Source: Acidobacteriota bacterium
Lineage (GTDB): Bacteria; Acidobacteriota; Thermoanaerobaculia; Gp7-AA8
Length of the DNA stretch: 64,000 nt
Reading direction: 5' to 3'
Assembly (NCBI GenBank): GCA_019244185.1
Contig: JAFATB010000023.1
Span: forward strand, 64,001-128,000
Shown here: positions 49,180-57,717 of the stretch, piece by piece
Position numbering within the stretch: the stretch's first letter is position 1
How the letters are laid out: every line of letters starts with the position of its first letter
Notes under the pieces: generated by a model
Told to the model about the DNA's origin: nothing
Database searches by the model: none
What the model saw: only the letters and a program-made list of their open reading frames with translations
Made by a program: the position numbers and the translations under genes

Positions 49180-50067
49180 ATGCCCGTCGAAGCGGTGATG
49201 TTGTGGAACGAGCCGAACAACCTCTCGCACTGGGATTTTCAGATCGATCCCGAATGGCAGGTGTTCTCCGAGATGACCTGTCTCGCCGCGCAGGCGGTGA
49301 AGTCGGTCAACGCGACGCTGCCGCGCGTCCTCGGCGGCATCTCGCCGATCGACGCGCACTTCATCAATCGCATGAAGCGGCAGTGCGTCATCGACAACGT
49401 CGACGTCGTCGCCGTGCACGGCTTTCCGCTCGACTGGAACCACTGGCAAATCCAGGAGTGGCCGGCGAAGCTGCAGGAGATCCGCGAGGTCACTGACCTG
49501 CCGATCTGGGTGAGCGAAGTGGGCGTGTCGACCTTCGGCGCGGAAGAGGTGCAAGTCTTCGGACTCGAGAAGACGATGGAGCTGATCCTCGAGGCCGTGC
49601 CGCGCGTGCACTGGTACTCGCTCTACGATCTGCCGAAGGCGTGGCCGGCGACGACGCGTCATCGCGAGGCCGAAGGCTCGTCGTATTACCGGCACTTCTA
49701 CATGGGCGTGCTGCGCGAAGACGGCACGCCGAAGCTCGCGCTCGATGCGCTCGCGAAGTACACGCCGGAGCTCGGCGTCTGCCAGTGGTTTCATTACGAG
49801 GATCACCGCCTCGACGACGCCGTGCGCTGGCTGAAAAAGCTCGGCGTGAAGCGACTACGCACGGGCCTCAGCTGGGCCGATCATCACCGCCCGAACGCCT
49901 TGGAGTGGTTCGATAAGCAGATGAAGGCGCTCGAACCGTTCGACGTGACGCTGACGTATTGCTTCACGCCCGGCTCGCGAGGCGTGCGCGATCACTACAC
50001 CTCGCCGCCGCAGGTGGTGGAGGAGTTTGCGGAGTTTTGCGCGGAGATGACGCGGCGGTACGCGTGA
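49180..50067 (+). CDS. Clan GH-A glycoside hydrolase ('beta-xylosidase'-like), apparently circularly permuted
   Basis: WNEPN near the N-terminus, VHGFP, IWVSEVG, WYSLYD, DGTPK, then RLRTGLSW and YCFTP near the C-terminus. Confidence 0.8.
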   Translation: MPVEAVMLWNEPNNLSHWDFQIDPEWQVFSEMTCLAAQAVKSVNATLPRVLGGISPIDAHFINRMKRQCVIDNVDVVAVHGFPLDWNHWQIQEWPAKLQEIREVTDLPIWVSEVGVSTFGAEEVQVFGLEKTMELILEAVPRVHWYSLYDLPKAWPATTRHREAEGSSYYRHFYMGVLREDGTPKLALDALAKYTPELGVCQWFHYEDHRLDDAVRWLKKLGVKRLRTGLSWADHHRPNALEWFDKQMKALEPFDVTLTYCFTPGSRGVRDHYTSPPQVVEEFAEFCAEMTRRYA

Positions 50068-50107
50068 GAACGTTGAACGCCAGCCGGTCGACAGGCTCAC
50101 ACCAAAC

Positions 50108-50329
50108 TCAGGCGCCGACTACTAAGTATTCCGCAAACGCCGTGCTCTGCGGGATCGGCAAGCCATCCTCGATCAGTCCTTCAATATGCAACTGTATGGC
50201 CTCATACATGTTCCGCTCGGTCTCTTCATGGGTGGCACCCGTTGCAACACAGCCCGGCAGATCCGGCGAATATGCGGAGTAGTTCTCGCCAGCCGCTTCG
50301 ATCACGACCAAGAACCTGTGCATGTTCAT
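50108..50329 (-). CDS. hicB: HicB family antitoxin (short form, no DNA-binding tail)
   Basis: YSAYSPDLPGCVATG.T.EE...EAIQLHIEGL..DG.PIP. Confidence 0.92.
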   Translation of the reverse strand: MNMHRFLVVIEAAGENYSAYSPDLPGCVATGATHEETERNMYEAIQLHIEGLIEDGLPIPQSTAFAEYLVVGA

Positions 50330-50523
50330 TTCAGCCCCGCCTGTTTGAGGATACTGTTGAAGGTTCCCGGCGCGAGATCATCGCTCATTTTCCCGGAAAT
50401 GGTGACGCGTCCCGGCTTCGTCGGATGCTTGTACTGCCGATGACTCGTCCCGCTGGTCGTTTTCACCTGAAGCCAACCGTCTTCCTCGATAATTCTGATC
50501 GCCTCTCGCACTTTCGTTGGCAC
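50326..50523 (-). CDS. hicA: HicA family toxin
   Basis: KVREAIRIIEEDGW...SHRQYKHPTKPGRVTI...GTFNSILKQAGL. Confidence 0.92.
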   Translation of the reverse strand: MPTKVREAIRIIEEDGWLQVKTTSGTSHRQYKHPTKPGRVTISGKMSDDLAPGTFNSILKQAGLK

Positions 50524-50684
50524 GCCGCGATTCTAAGCTCCGGCTGCGGCAACTCGTACGGCGATACAGTAAGTTACTGAACTGTCGAAGGTTGCCGAGG
50601 AGCCTGTCGTCCTTCCGACGCGCGTTGCTCATCTCTACGTTCTTCTGCGTTCTGCGTTCTTCATTCAGCTAATCTTCGCGGCGC

Positions 50685-52019
50685 ATGCCGTCTTCCGCAT
50701 CGTCCGCTCCATCGCTCGCCCGCCGCCTCGGCGCGTTCGACGCGACGATGCTGGTCATGGGCGGCATCATCGGCTCGGGCATCTTCGTCAACCCGTCGGT
50801 CGTCGCGCGGCACGTCGCGAGCGCCGGGCTGATCCTCGGCGTTTGGGCGGCGGGCGGGGCGATCGCGCTGATCGGCGCGTTCGTTTACGCGGAGCTCGCC
50901 GCGCTGCGTCCCGAAGTCGGCGGACAGTATGCGTATCTGCGCGACGCGTGGCATCCGTCGGTCGCGTTTCTATACGGCTGGTGCATGTTGCTCGTCGTGC
51001 AGAGCGGCGGGATGGCGGCGGTGGCGGTGACGTTCGCGCGCTACGCGTCGGAGCTCACCGGCACGTCGCTGCCGGAATGGCTCGTGGCCGCGGGGACGCT
51101 GGCGATTCTGACGCTGATCAACTGCTTCGGCGTGCGCAGCGGGACGAACACGCAGAGCGCGCTGATGCTGCTCAAGCTCGCCGCCATCGCGATGCTCGTC
51201 TTCGTCGGATTGCGCGTCGCGCCGCATGCGCCGGTGTCGATCGCGCGCGCGTCGGAAGGCGGTTCGCTCCTCTGGTCGCTGGCCGCGGCGATGACGCCGG
51301 TGATGTTCGCGTACGGCGGCTGGCAGACGGCGAGCTTCATGTCGGGAGAGCTCGTGCGGCCGCGGCGCGATCTCGCCATCGGTCTGCTCGCGGGCGTGAT
51401 CGGCGTGATCGCGGTCTATCTCGCGGTGAACTTCGTCTGCGTCCGCGCGCTCGGTCCCGCGGGACTGGCCGCGACGACGACGCCGGCGTCGGCCGTGATG
51501 CGACTCGCGCTCGGCGAACGCGGTGCGACGCTCATCGCCGCCGGCATCGCCGTCTCCACGCTCGGCTTTTTGAGCCAGGGGATGCTCACCGCGCCGCGCG
51601 TCTACTACGCGATGGCGGAGGACCGGCTGTTCTTCCGCGCGATCGGCCGCGTGCATCCGACGACGCGCGTGCCGGTGATGGCCATCGCGCTGCAGGGCGT
51701 CGTGGCGATCGTGATCGCGCTGTCGGGCACGTACGAACAGATCCTCAGCTACGTCGTCTCGGTCGACTTCATCTTCTTCGGCCTCACCGGCGCGGCGCTG
51801 TTCGTCTTTCGGCGCCGCCACGCGTCGGCGGAGTTCAAGATGTTGCCGACGGAGTCCTTCCGGACTCCAGGCCACCCCGTGACGACGCTCGTCTTCACCG
51901 CCTGCTGCTGGCTCGTCGTGGCCGGAACGTTCGTGCGCTCGCCGGTCAACAGTGCGATCGGCCTCGCGATTTTGCTGGCGGGGTTGCCCGCGTACGCGTT
52001 CTGGCGTCGAACGAAGTAG
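50685..52019 (+). CDS. APC family amino acid permease
   Basis: GGIIGSGIF, YAELAA..P..GGQY.YL, FAYGGW; about 12 TM helices. Confidence 0.92.
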   Translation: MPSSASSAPSLARRLGAFDATMLVMGGIIGSGIFVNPSVVARHVASAGLILGVWAAGGAIALIGAFVYAELAALRPEVGGQYAYLRDAWHPSVAFLYGWCMLLVVQSGGMAAVAVTFARYASELTGTSLPEWLVAAGTLAILTLINCFGVRSGTNTQSALMLLKLAAIAMLVFVGLRVAPHAPVSIARASEGGSLLWSLAAAMTPVMFAYGGWQTASFMSGELVRPRRDLAIGLLAGVIGVIAVYLAVNFVCVRALGPAGLAATTTPASAVMRLALGERGATLIAAGIAVSTLGFLSQGMLTAPRVYYAMAEDRLFFRAIGRVHPTTRVPVMAIALQGVVAIVIALSGTYEQILSYVVSVDFIFFGLTGAALFVFRRRHASAEFKMLPTESFRTPGHPVTTLVFTACCWLVVAGTFVRSPVNSAIGLAILLAGLPAYAFWRRTK

Positions 52020-52493
52020 ATGTACATCCACGAGCAGCCGGAGGATCGCCGCCGCGCGGACCTCCTGATCCGCCAGTCGTTCATCATCACGCAGAGCGGC
52101 GTGTGGATCGTGGTGTTCCTCTTCGTCTTCGTCGTGACGCCGCTCTGGACGCGCGACGTCTGGCCGCTGCTCGATCAGCCCACCGCATGGTCCGCGCAGA
52201 GAGCCGTGCCGCGCGAGCACGATCACTTCGTTTCGGTGCGCGCGGATGGCGCGTTCTTTTTCGACGAACGGCGCGTGACGGCCGGCGATCTCGTCGCAGC
52301 GTTACGCGCCGCGCGCGCCGGGCGCCGGACGTGGGGTACGTTCATCGAGTTCGATGACGTCTACGTACGCGCCGATCGCGCGGCGCCGTTCGGCGCGGTA
52401 CGCAACGTGATCCGCGCCGCGCAGGCGGCTGGTTGCCCGCGCGTGACGTTTCTGTTTCGCCGTGACCCGGATGCTATCGTCGTGTGGGAATGA
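52020..52493 (+). CDS. ExbD/TolR-like protein
   Basis: Single TM segment ending VVTP; VYVRADRAAPFGAV..V...QAAG..V.F periplasmic motif. Confidence 0.7.
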   Translation: MYIHEQPEDRRRADLLIRQSFIITQSGVWIVVFLFVFVVTPLWTRDVWPLLDQPTAWSAQRAVPREHDHFVSVRADGAFFFDERRVTAGDLVAALRAARAGRRTWGTFIEFDDVYVRADRAAPFGAVRNVIRAAQAAGCPRVTFLFRRDPDAIVVWE

Positions 52494-53119
52494 AACCGGC
52501 CGCGATTCTCTCGCTTCTCCTCTTCACGTTCGTCCTCGCCGCCGCGGAAACGCCGGCGCCCGCCGCGGATGATTTCGCATTCGTGTTTCTGCGCCGTCCG
52601 CCGAACGCGCCGCAGCTCGATGCGGCGACGGCCGAGCGGGTCCAGGAAGGGCACATGGCGAACATTCGCCGGCTCGGCGGTGAAGGGCATCTCGTCGCGG
52701 CCGGTCCGTTCGGCGACGACACGACGCTGCGCGGCATCTTCGTCTACAAAACGGCGAGCAAGGCCGACGCGGACGCGTGGCTTTCGACCGATCCCGCGGT
52801 GAAGGCGGGGCGGCTCGCGGGCGACGCGCACTTTTTCCGCGCGCCGGCGTCGACGTTCGCCAAGATCGCGGCTGACGCGCCGTTCGTGCCGGAGCAGTAT
52901 GCGATGGTGGTCGCGCCGCGGAGCGCCGATGCGCGCGCGGTGCAGCACGCCATCGACGACGCGCGTGCCGCGGGGACGCTCGCATTCGGAACCGCGTTCG
53001 CGGACGGCGGCGGCGTGCTGATCCTGACGGGCGGCGTCGACGACGCGAAGCCGGTCGCGCCGGCGCTGGGCGCCGAGGTGCATCCGTGGCTCACGCAGAA
53101 AGGCGTGCTGGCGCGGTAG
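52490..53119 (+). CDS. Exported YCII-related domain protein
   Basis: Signal peptide; GHMANI, AAGPF, RGIF, DPAVKAGRL. Confidence 0.78.
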   Translation: MKPAAILSLLLFTFVLAAAETPAPAADDFAFVFLRRPPNAPQLDAATAERVQEGHMANIRRLGGEGHLVAAGPFGDDTTLRGIFVYKTASKADADAWLSTDPAVKAGRLAGDAHFFRAPASTFAKIAADAPFVPEQYAMVVAPRSADARAVQHAIDDARAAGTLAFGTAFADGGGVLILTGGVDDAKPVAPALGAEVHPWLTQKGVLAR

Positions 53120-53126
53120 GAGAGCT

Positions 53127-53261
53127 TTAGTACCTCATCCGCTCGACCAACGGCCACGTCGCGTCGGGATCGTCGAGCGGGAACGCCCACGTGTCGTCGT
53201 ACTCGCGGCGCGGCTCTTCGGCTTGTCGTTCGTCGTGCGGCGGTTCGTTCTCGCTTGCCAT
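53127..53261 (-). CDS. Candidate 44-aa small protein
   Basis: MASENEPP...DDTWAFPLDDPDATWPLVERMRY fills the intergenic gap; sigma54-like CGGCACGATCGTCGAA upstream. Confidence 0.4.
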   Translation of the reverse strand: MASENEPPHDERQAEEPRREYDDTWAFPLDDPDATWPLVERMRY

Positions 53262-53303
53262 CGCCTCTGGACTAATTCGACGATCGTGCCGATTTTGAAA
53301 CGC

Positions 53304-53876
53304 ATGAGAAACGCCGCGCTCGCCGTTTTGCTCGTGCTCGCCACGTCGTTGCACGCCGCGCCGCTGCAGAAGGCCGCGTTCGCCGCCGGCTGCTTCTGGT
53401 GCGCGGAGGCGGCGTTCCAGGATCTGCCCGGCGTCGTCGACGTGGTGTCCGGCTACACCGGCGGCAGCGTCCCGCATCCGACGTACGAGCAGGTCTCCGC
53501 CGGCGGCACGGGCCATCGCGAGGCGGTCGAGATCACCTTCGATCCGGCGAAGATCACCTATGGTCAACTGCTTGACGTGTTCTGGCGGAACATCGATCCC
53601 ACCGATCCGGCGGGGCAGTTCTGCGACAAGGGGCAGCAGTACCTCGCCGCGATTTACGTGCGCGACGACGCGCAGCGGCAGCTCGCCGAGCTCTCGCTGC
53701 GCAACGCGAAGAAGCGCTTCGGCTACGTCTTCACCGACATCCTGCCCGCCGGCCCGTTCTATCGCGCCGAGGAGTACCATCAGGACTACTACAAGAAAAA
53801 TCCGTTCCGCTACCACTTCTACCGCGCGGGCTGTAAGCGCGACGAGCGGCTGAAAGAGGTCTGGGGCCGGCGCTAG
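53304..53876 (+). CDS. msrA: Peptide-methionine (S)-S-oxide reductase with signal peptide
   Basis: AAGCFWCAE, VSGYTGG, PTYEQV, GH.EAV, FYRAEEYHQDYY. Confidence 0.95.
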   Translation: MRNAALAVLLVLATSLHAAPLQKAAFAAGCFWCAEAAFQDLPGVVDVVSGYTGGSVPHPTYEQVSAGGTGHREAVEITFDPAKITYGQLLDVFWRNIDPTDPAGQFCDKGQQYLAAIYVRDDAQRQLAELSLRNAKKRFGYVFTDILPAGPFYRAEEYHQDYYKKNPFRYHFYRAGCKRDERLKEVWGRR

Positions 53877-53886
53877 GAGCGCGTGC

Positions 53887-55104
53887 ATGTCCGATTGGAT
53901 CGATCTCGGTCCCACCGCGGAGCTCTCGCAGAAGCCGCTGCAGCAGCTCGTCGCCGGCCGCAACCGCTTCGCGGTGTCGTATCGCGACGGCGCGTTCCAC
54001 GTCGTCTCCGGCGTCTGCAATCACAGCGGCGGTCCGCTCGGCGACGGGCGCCTTGACGGCGACTACATCGTCTGCCCGTGGCACAACTGGAAGTTCCACG
54101 CGATCACCGGAGAAGGGGAGCCGGGCTTCGAGGAGGATCGCGTGCCGCGCTACGACTCGCGCGTCGAGAACGGGCGCCTGCTCGTCGATCTCGCCAGCGC
54201 GACGAAGCGCACGAAGAAGCCGCATCCGCCGCATCCGCTCGCGCGTCCGGTCGTGCGCGCGCCCGGCCCCATCCGCGTCGCCGGCATCTCCACGACGGTC
54301 ATGGATGCCGCAAACCCGCGCTACTCGACCTCGGACGCGCTGCTCGAAACCGCGATCGCGCACGCGACCACGATGCTGGCCGCCGAGGGGCGGCTGGTGA
54401 AGCTCAACGAGCTGCACTTCCGCGCGTGCGAGGGCTACTACTCGAAGTCGGCGCAGGCGTGCACGTGGCCGTGCTCGATCACGCAGATGGATCCCGACGA
54501 TCAGCTCGACCGCGTGTACGAGGCGCTCGTGCATTGGGCGGATGTGATCCTCGTGTCGACGCCGATCCGCTGGGGCGCGGCCAGCTCGCTCTACTACAAG
54601 ATGGTCGAGCGGATGAACTGCATCCAGAACCAGGTCACGATCCGTAACCGCGTGCTGCTGAAGAACAAGGTCGCGGCGTTCATCATCACCGGCGGCCAAG
54701 ACAACGTGCAGGCCGTCGCGGGACAGATGCTCGGCTTCTTCGCGGAGATCGGCTGCACGTTCCCGCAGTTCCCGTACATCGCCCATTCGCGCGGCTGGTC
54801 GGCCGAGGACATGGAGCGGAACATCGCCTTCGTGCAGAAGAGCGACGAGCTGCACGACGCGGCGCGGGCGCTGGTGACGCGCGCGTTCGACACCGCGCAG
54901 TTCCTCGTCGCGCATTCCGAGGAAGAGGCGATGGTGGGCGTGCGCGACGCGTTCGTGCGCGCGGGACGGAAGGCGTCGATGAGCGTGAAGGAAGAGCTGC
55001 GCGTCGCCAGCGCGCCGATGCCGTCAACGATGTCGTCATCTTCGCCGGCGCCCGCGCACGAACACGAAACGCGGCTGCCTCCGCCGGCATCGAAGGAACC
55101 ATGA
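53887..55104 (+). CDS. Rieske [2Fe-2S] domain fused to iron-sulfur flavoprotein / FMN-reductase-like domain
   Basis: CNH and CPWH Rieske ligands; CEGYYSK...CTWPC, STPIRWG, IITGGQD flavodoxin-like motifs. Confidence 0.82.
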   Translation: MSDWIDLGPTAELSQKPLQQLVAGRNRFAVSYRDGAFHVVSGVCNHSGGPLGDGRLDGDYIVCPWHNWKFHAITGEGEPGFEEDRVPRYDSRVENGRLLVDLASATKRTKKPHPPHPLARPVVRAPGPIRVAGISTTVMDAANPRYSTSDALLETAIAHATTMLAAEGRLVKLNELHFRACEGYYSKSAQACTWPCSITQMDPDDQLDRVYEALVHWADVILVSTPIRWGAASSLYYKMVERMNCIQNQVTIRNRVLLKNKVAAFIITGGQDNVQAVAGQMLGFFAEIGCTFPQFPYIAHSRGWSAEDMERNIAFVQKSDELHDAARALVTRAFDTAQFLVAHSEEEAMVGVRDAFVRAGRKASMSVKEELRVASAPMPSTMSSSSPAPAHEHETRLPPPASKEP

Positions 55105-55817
55105 ACGACACGCGCCTGCAACTCCATTACGCGCTGCAGTCGGCGGCGGGCGTGGGACGCACGCTGCTGCCGAAGCGTCCCGACGACTCGCACAGCAGCT
55201 TCATGTGGGATCACGCCACGGGCGCGCTGGTGCAGGACCTCGTGGGCGGCGAATACCGCGCGGGGCTGCGCCTCTGCGACATGACGCTGCTGCTGCTCGA
55301 CAAGCAGGATCGCGTGCAGGCGAAGTATCCGCTCGAAGGACGCACGCTCGACGACGCCTTCCGCTTCTTCGAAGAGCACGCCGGACGCATGCTCGAACGC
55401 CCGTGCGAGGCGCTGCCGCCGCATCCGGTCGCGGACGGCGCGACGTTCATGCCGGCATCGTGCGATCTCGAGTCGCTCGCCGCGATGTACGCGACCGCGT
55501 CCGAGGTGCTGGAGCGGTTCCGCGTGAAGCATCCGAACGCCGGTCCGGTGCTCGTGTGGCCGCATCACTTCGACATTGCCACGCTGCTGCGGCGCGGCGA
55601 AACCTCGACGATCGGCATCGGCATGGTTCCCGGCGACGCCACGATCGCGGAGCCGTACTGGTACGTCTATCCGTGGCCGGAGCCGAAGCCGCTGCCGCCG
55701 CCGCTGTCGATCGGCGAATGGTTCACGAACGGCTGGGTCGGCGCCGTGCTGCACGAGACGCGCGATGCGGCGCGGATCGAGTGCTTCCTCGAGGAAGCCG
55801 TCGCCGCGCTGACATGA
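55101..55817 (+). CDS. Hypothetical protein (DUF5996-like)
   Basis: LQLH..Q, WPHHFDIA, EPYWYVYPWP; ATGA overlap with the upstream gene. Confidence 0.65.
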   Translation: MNDTRLQLHYALQSAAGVGRTLLPKRPDDSHSSFMWDHATGALVQDLVGGEYRAGLRLCDMTLLLLDKQDRVQAKYPLEGRTLDDAFRFFEEHAGRMLERPCEALPPHPVADGATFMPASCDLESLAAMYATASEVLERFRVKHPNAGPVLVWPHHFDIATLLRRGETSTIGIGMVPGDATIAEPYWYVYPWPEPKPLPPPLSIGEWFTNGWVGAVLHETRDAARIECFLEEAVAALT

Positions 55818-56677
55818 TCCTGCGCAACTGCGTCGTCAGCGTCGTTCTCTGGATCGCGCTCGTCATCGGCTACACCGCGTTTCTGCAGCGCCGTTCCGTC
55901 GCCTGGCCGTTCGCCGGCGGCGTGGCCGCGGGAACGGTCGCGGCCTTCGGCCTCCTGCTGCTGCACGGATCGCTGTACGCGTTCCGCGACTTCGGCGCGC
56001 GCAATCGGCTGGCGCGCGGCGAGCGCCCTCACGATGGCGACGTCGTCGCGGCGATCGGGACGATTCATCCGACGTCCGGCGCTCCGCTGCAGTCGCCGCT
56101 GAACGGCGTGCCGTGCGTGCTCTACTCGTATCAGATCGGAGCGCCCGACGACGATCGCAAACGCGGCGGCGTCGCGCGCGCGATCACCGGCTTCGGTCTC
56201 ACGCGCTGCGCGATTCGCACGCCCTACGGCGAATACATCCTCGGCGCGTGGCCGTCGCTGGAAGGCTTTCCGAAGCGGCGCGGCGATCGTGAGCGCGCGG
56301 CGGAGCTGCTGCGCGCGACGCCGTTCAAGACGTTCGGCTTCACCGCGTACGGAAAGGCCATGATGCGTCTCTATGCGACGGCGCCGCCGCTGCGCGAAGA
56401 CTGGCGGCTGAGCGACGCGGAGCTCGACGTCGCATCCGCGGAGCTGCTCGAACAGATCGTCGCGCCGGGCGAGACGGTGACCGCGTTCGGACGCTACGCG
56501 TCGGCGACGAACTCGATCGTCAGCAACGCGAGGACGGAAGGCTTCGTGCGGCTGAAAGCGGGCGGCCAGCTCCGCCCGCCGCAGGCGATTCCGTGGGAAG
56601 GCTTGCTCAAAGCATTCGGCGGCCTCGTCGCGCTGGCGCTTCCGAACGCGCTGATTTACCTGCTGCTCATGCGTTGA
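55814..56677 (+). CDS. Hypothetical membrane protein
   Basis: Two N-terminal and one C-terminal TM segments; LQSPLNGVPCVLY reminiscent of GIDE-like domains; ATGA overlap. Confidence 0.65.
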   Translation: MILRNCVVSVVLWIALVIGYTAFLQRRSVAWPFAGGVAAGTVAAFGLLLLHGSLYAFRDFGARNRLARGERPHDGDVVAAIGTIHPTSGAPLQSPLNGVPCVLYSYQIGAPDDDRKRGGVARAITGFGLTRCAIRTPYGEYILGAWPSLEGFPKRRGDRERAAELLRATPFKTFGFTAYGKAMMRLYATAPPLREDWRLSDAELDVASAELLEQIVAPGETVTAFGRYASATNSIVSNARTEGFVRLKAGGQLRPPQAIPWEGLLKAFGGLVALALPNALIYLLLMR

Positions 56678-57659
56678 CGTCGATGACGATGCGCCCGCGC
56701 ACGCGGTTCGCGAGTAGCTCTTCCGCCAACTCGCGGATGCGCGAGAGCGGCTCGGTGCGCGAGAGCTCTGCCAGCTTCGCGAAGTCGAGGTCGGACGCGA
56801 GGCGCGACCACGCGGCGACGCGCTTCGGGAAGGCGGTATGGATGGAGCTCACGCCGAGCAGCGAGACATTTCTCAGGATCAGCGGCCAGACGGTGGTGTG
56901 GAGCTCGTGCCCTCCGGCCATCCCGCAACACGCGATCGCGCCCTCGTACGCCGTCTGCGCGAAGAGCGTCGTCAGCGTCTGGCCGCCGACGGTATCGACG
57001 CCGCCGGCCCACCGCTCCGACTGCAGCGGGCCGCCCGCTTTCGCGAGCTCGTCGCGCGAAACGATCGACGTCGCGCCGAGGTCGCGGAGATACGATTCGA
57101 GCTCGGGACGGCCGGTCGAGGCCGCGACGCGATGGCCGCGCTTCGCGAGCAGCATCACCGCGAGCGAGCCGACGCCGCCGGCCGCGCCGGTCACGACGAG
57201 CTCGCGCTCCGAAGGCTCGACGCCCGCCTGTTCGAGCGCGAGCACGCAGAGCATCGCCGTGAAGCCGGCCGTGCCGATCTGCATGGCCTGCTCGAACGAA
57301 ATCGCGTCCGGCAGCGGCACGAGTGCGTTCGCCTGCACGCGCTCGCGTTGCGTGTAGCCGCCCCAGTCGGTCTCGCCGAGCCCCTGCGCCATGCCGACGA
57401 CGCGATCGCCCGGTTTGTAGCAGTCGTCGTCGGATGCGGTCACGGTGCCGGCGAGATCGATGCCGAGGATCATCGGGAAGCGGCGGATGATGCGGCCGCG
57501 CGCGGTGACGGCGAGGGCGTCCTTGTAGTTGAGCGACGAGTAGGCGACGTCGATGGTGACGTTGCCCTCGCGAGGGAGCGCGCCGTCGTCGAGCGTCTCC
57601 AGCGCCACGGTGTACGACGAGCCTTCGGATGCGCGCGCGACGAGTGCCTGAAACGTCAT
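56667..57659 (-). CDS. YhdH/AcuI family MDR oxidoreductase (acryloyl-CoA reductase-like)
   Basis: YSSLNYKDALA, GIDLAG, GTAGFTA, VTGAAGGVGS, RGRIVID. Confidence 0.9.
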   Translation of the reverse strand: MTFQALVARASEGSSYTVALETLDDGALPREGNVTIDVAYSSLNYKDALAVTARGRIIRRFPMILGIDLAGTVTASDDDCYKPGDRVVGMAQGLGETDWGGYTQRERVQANALVPLPDAISFEQAMQIGTAGFTAMLCVLALEQAGVEPSERELVVTGAAGGVGSLAVMLLAKRGHRVAASTGRPELESYLRDLGATSIVSRDELAKAGGPLQSERWAGGVDTVGGQTLTTLFAQTAYEGAIACCGMAGGHELHTTVWPLILRNVSLLGVSSIHTAFPKRVAAWSRLASDLDFAKLAELSRTEPLSRIRELAEELLANRVRGRIVIDVNA

Positions 57660-57717
57660 GCGGCGCATTCTCTCACCGCGCGCGACTAACGTCCGCGCCG
57701 CGCCCGCGTCTATCGAA

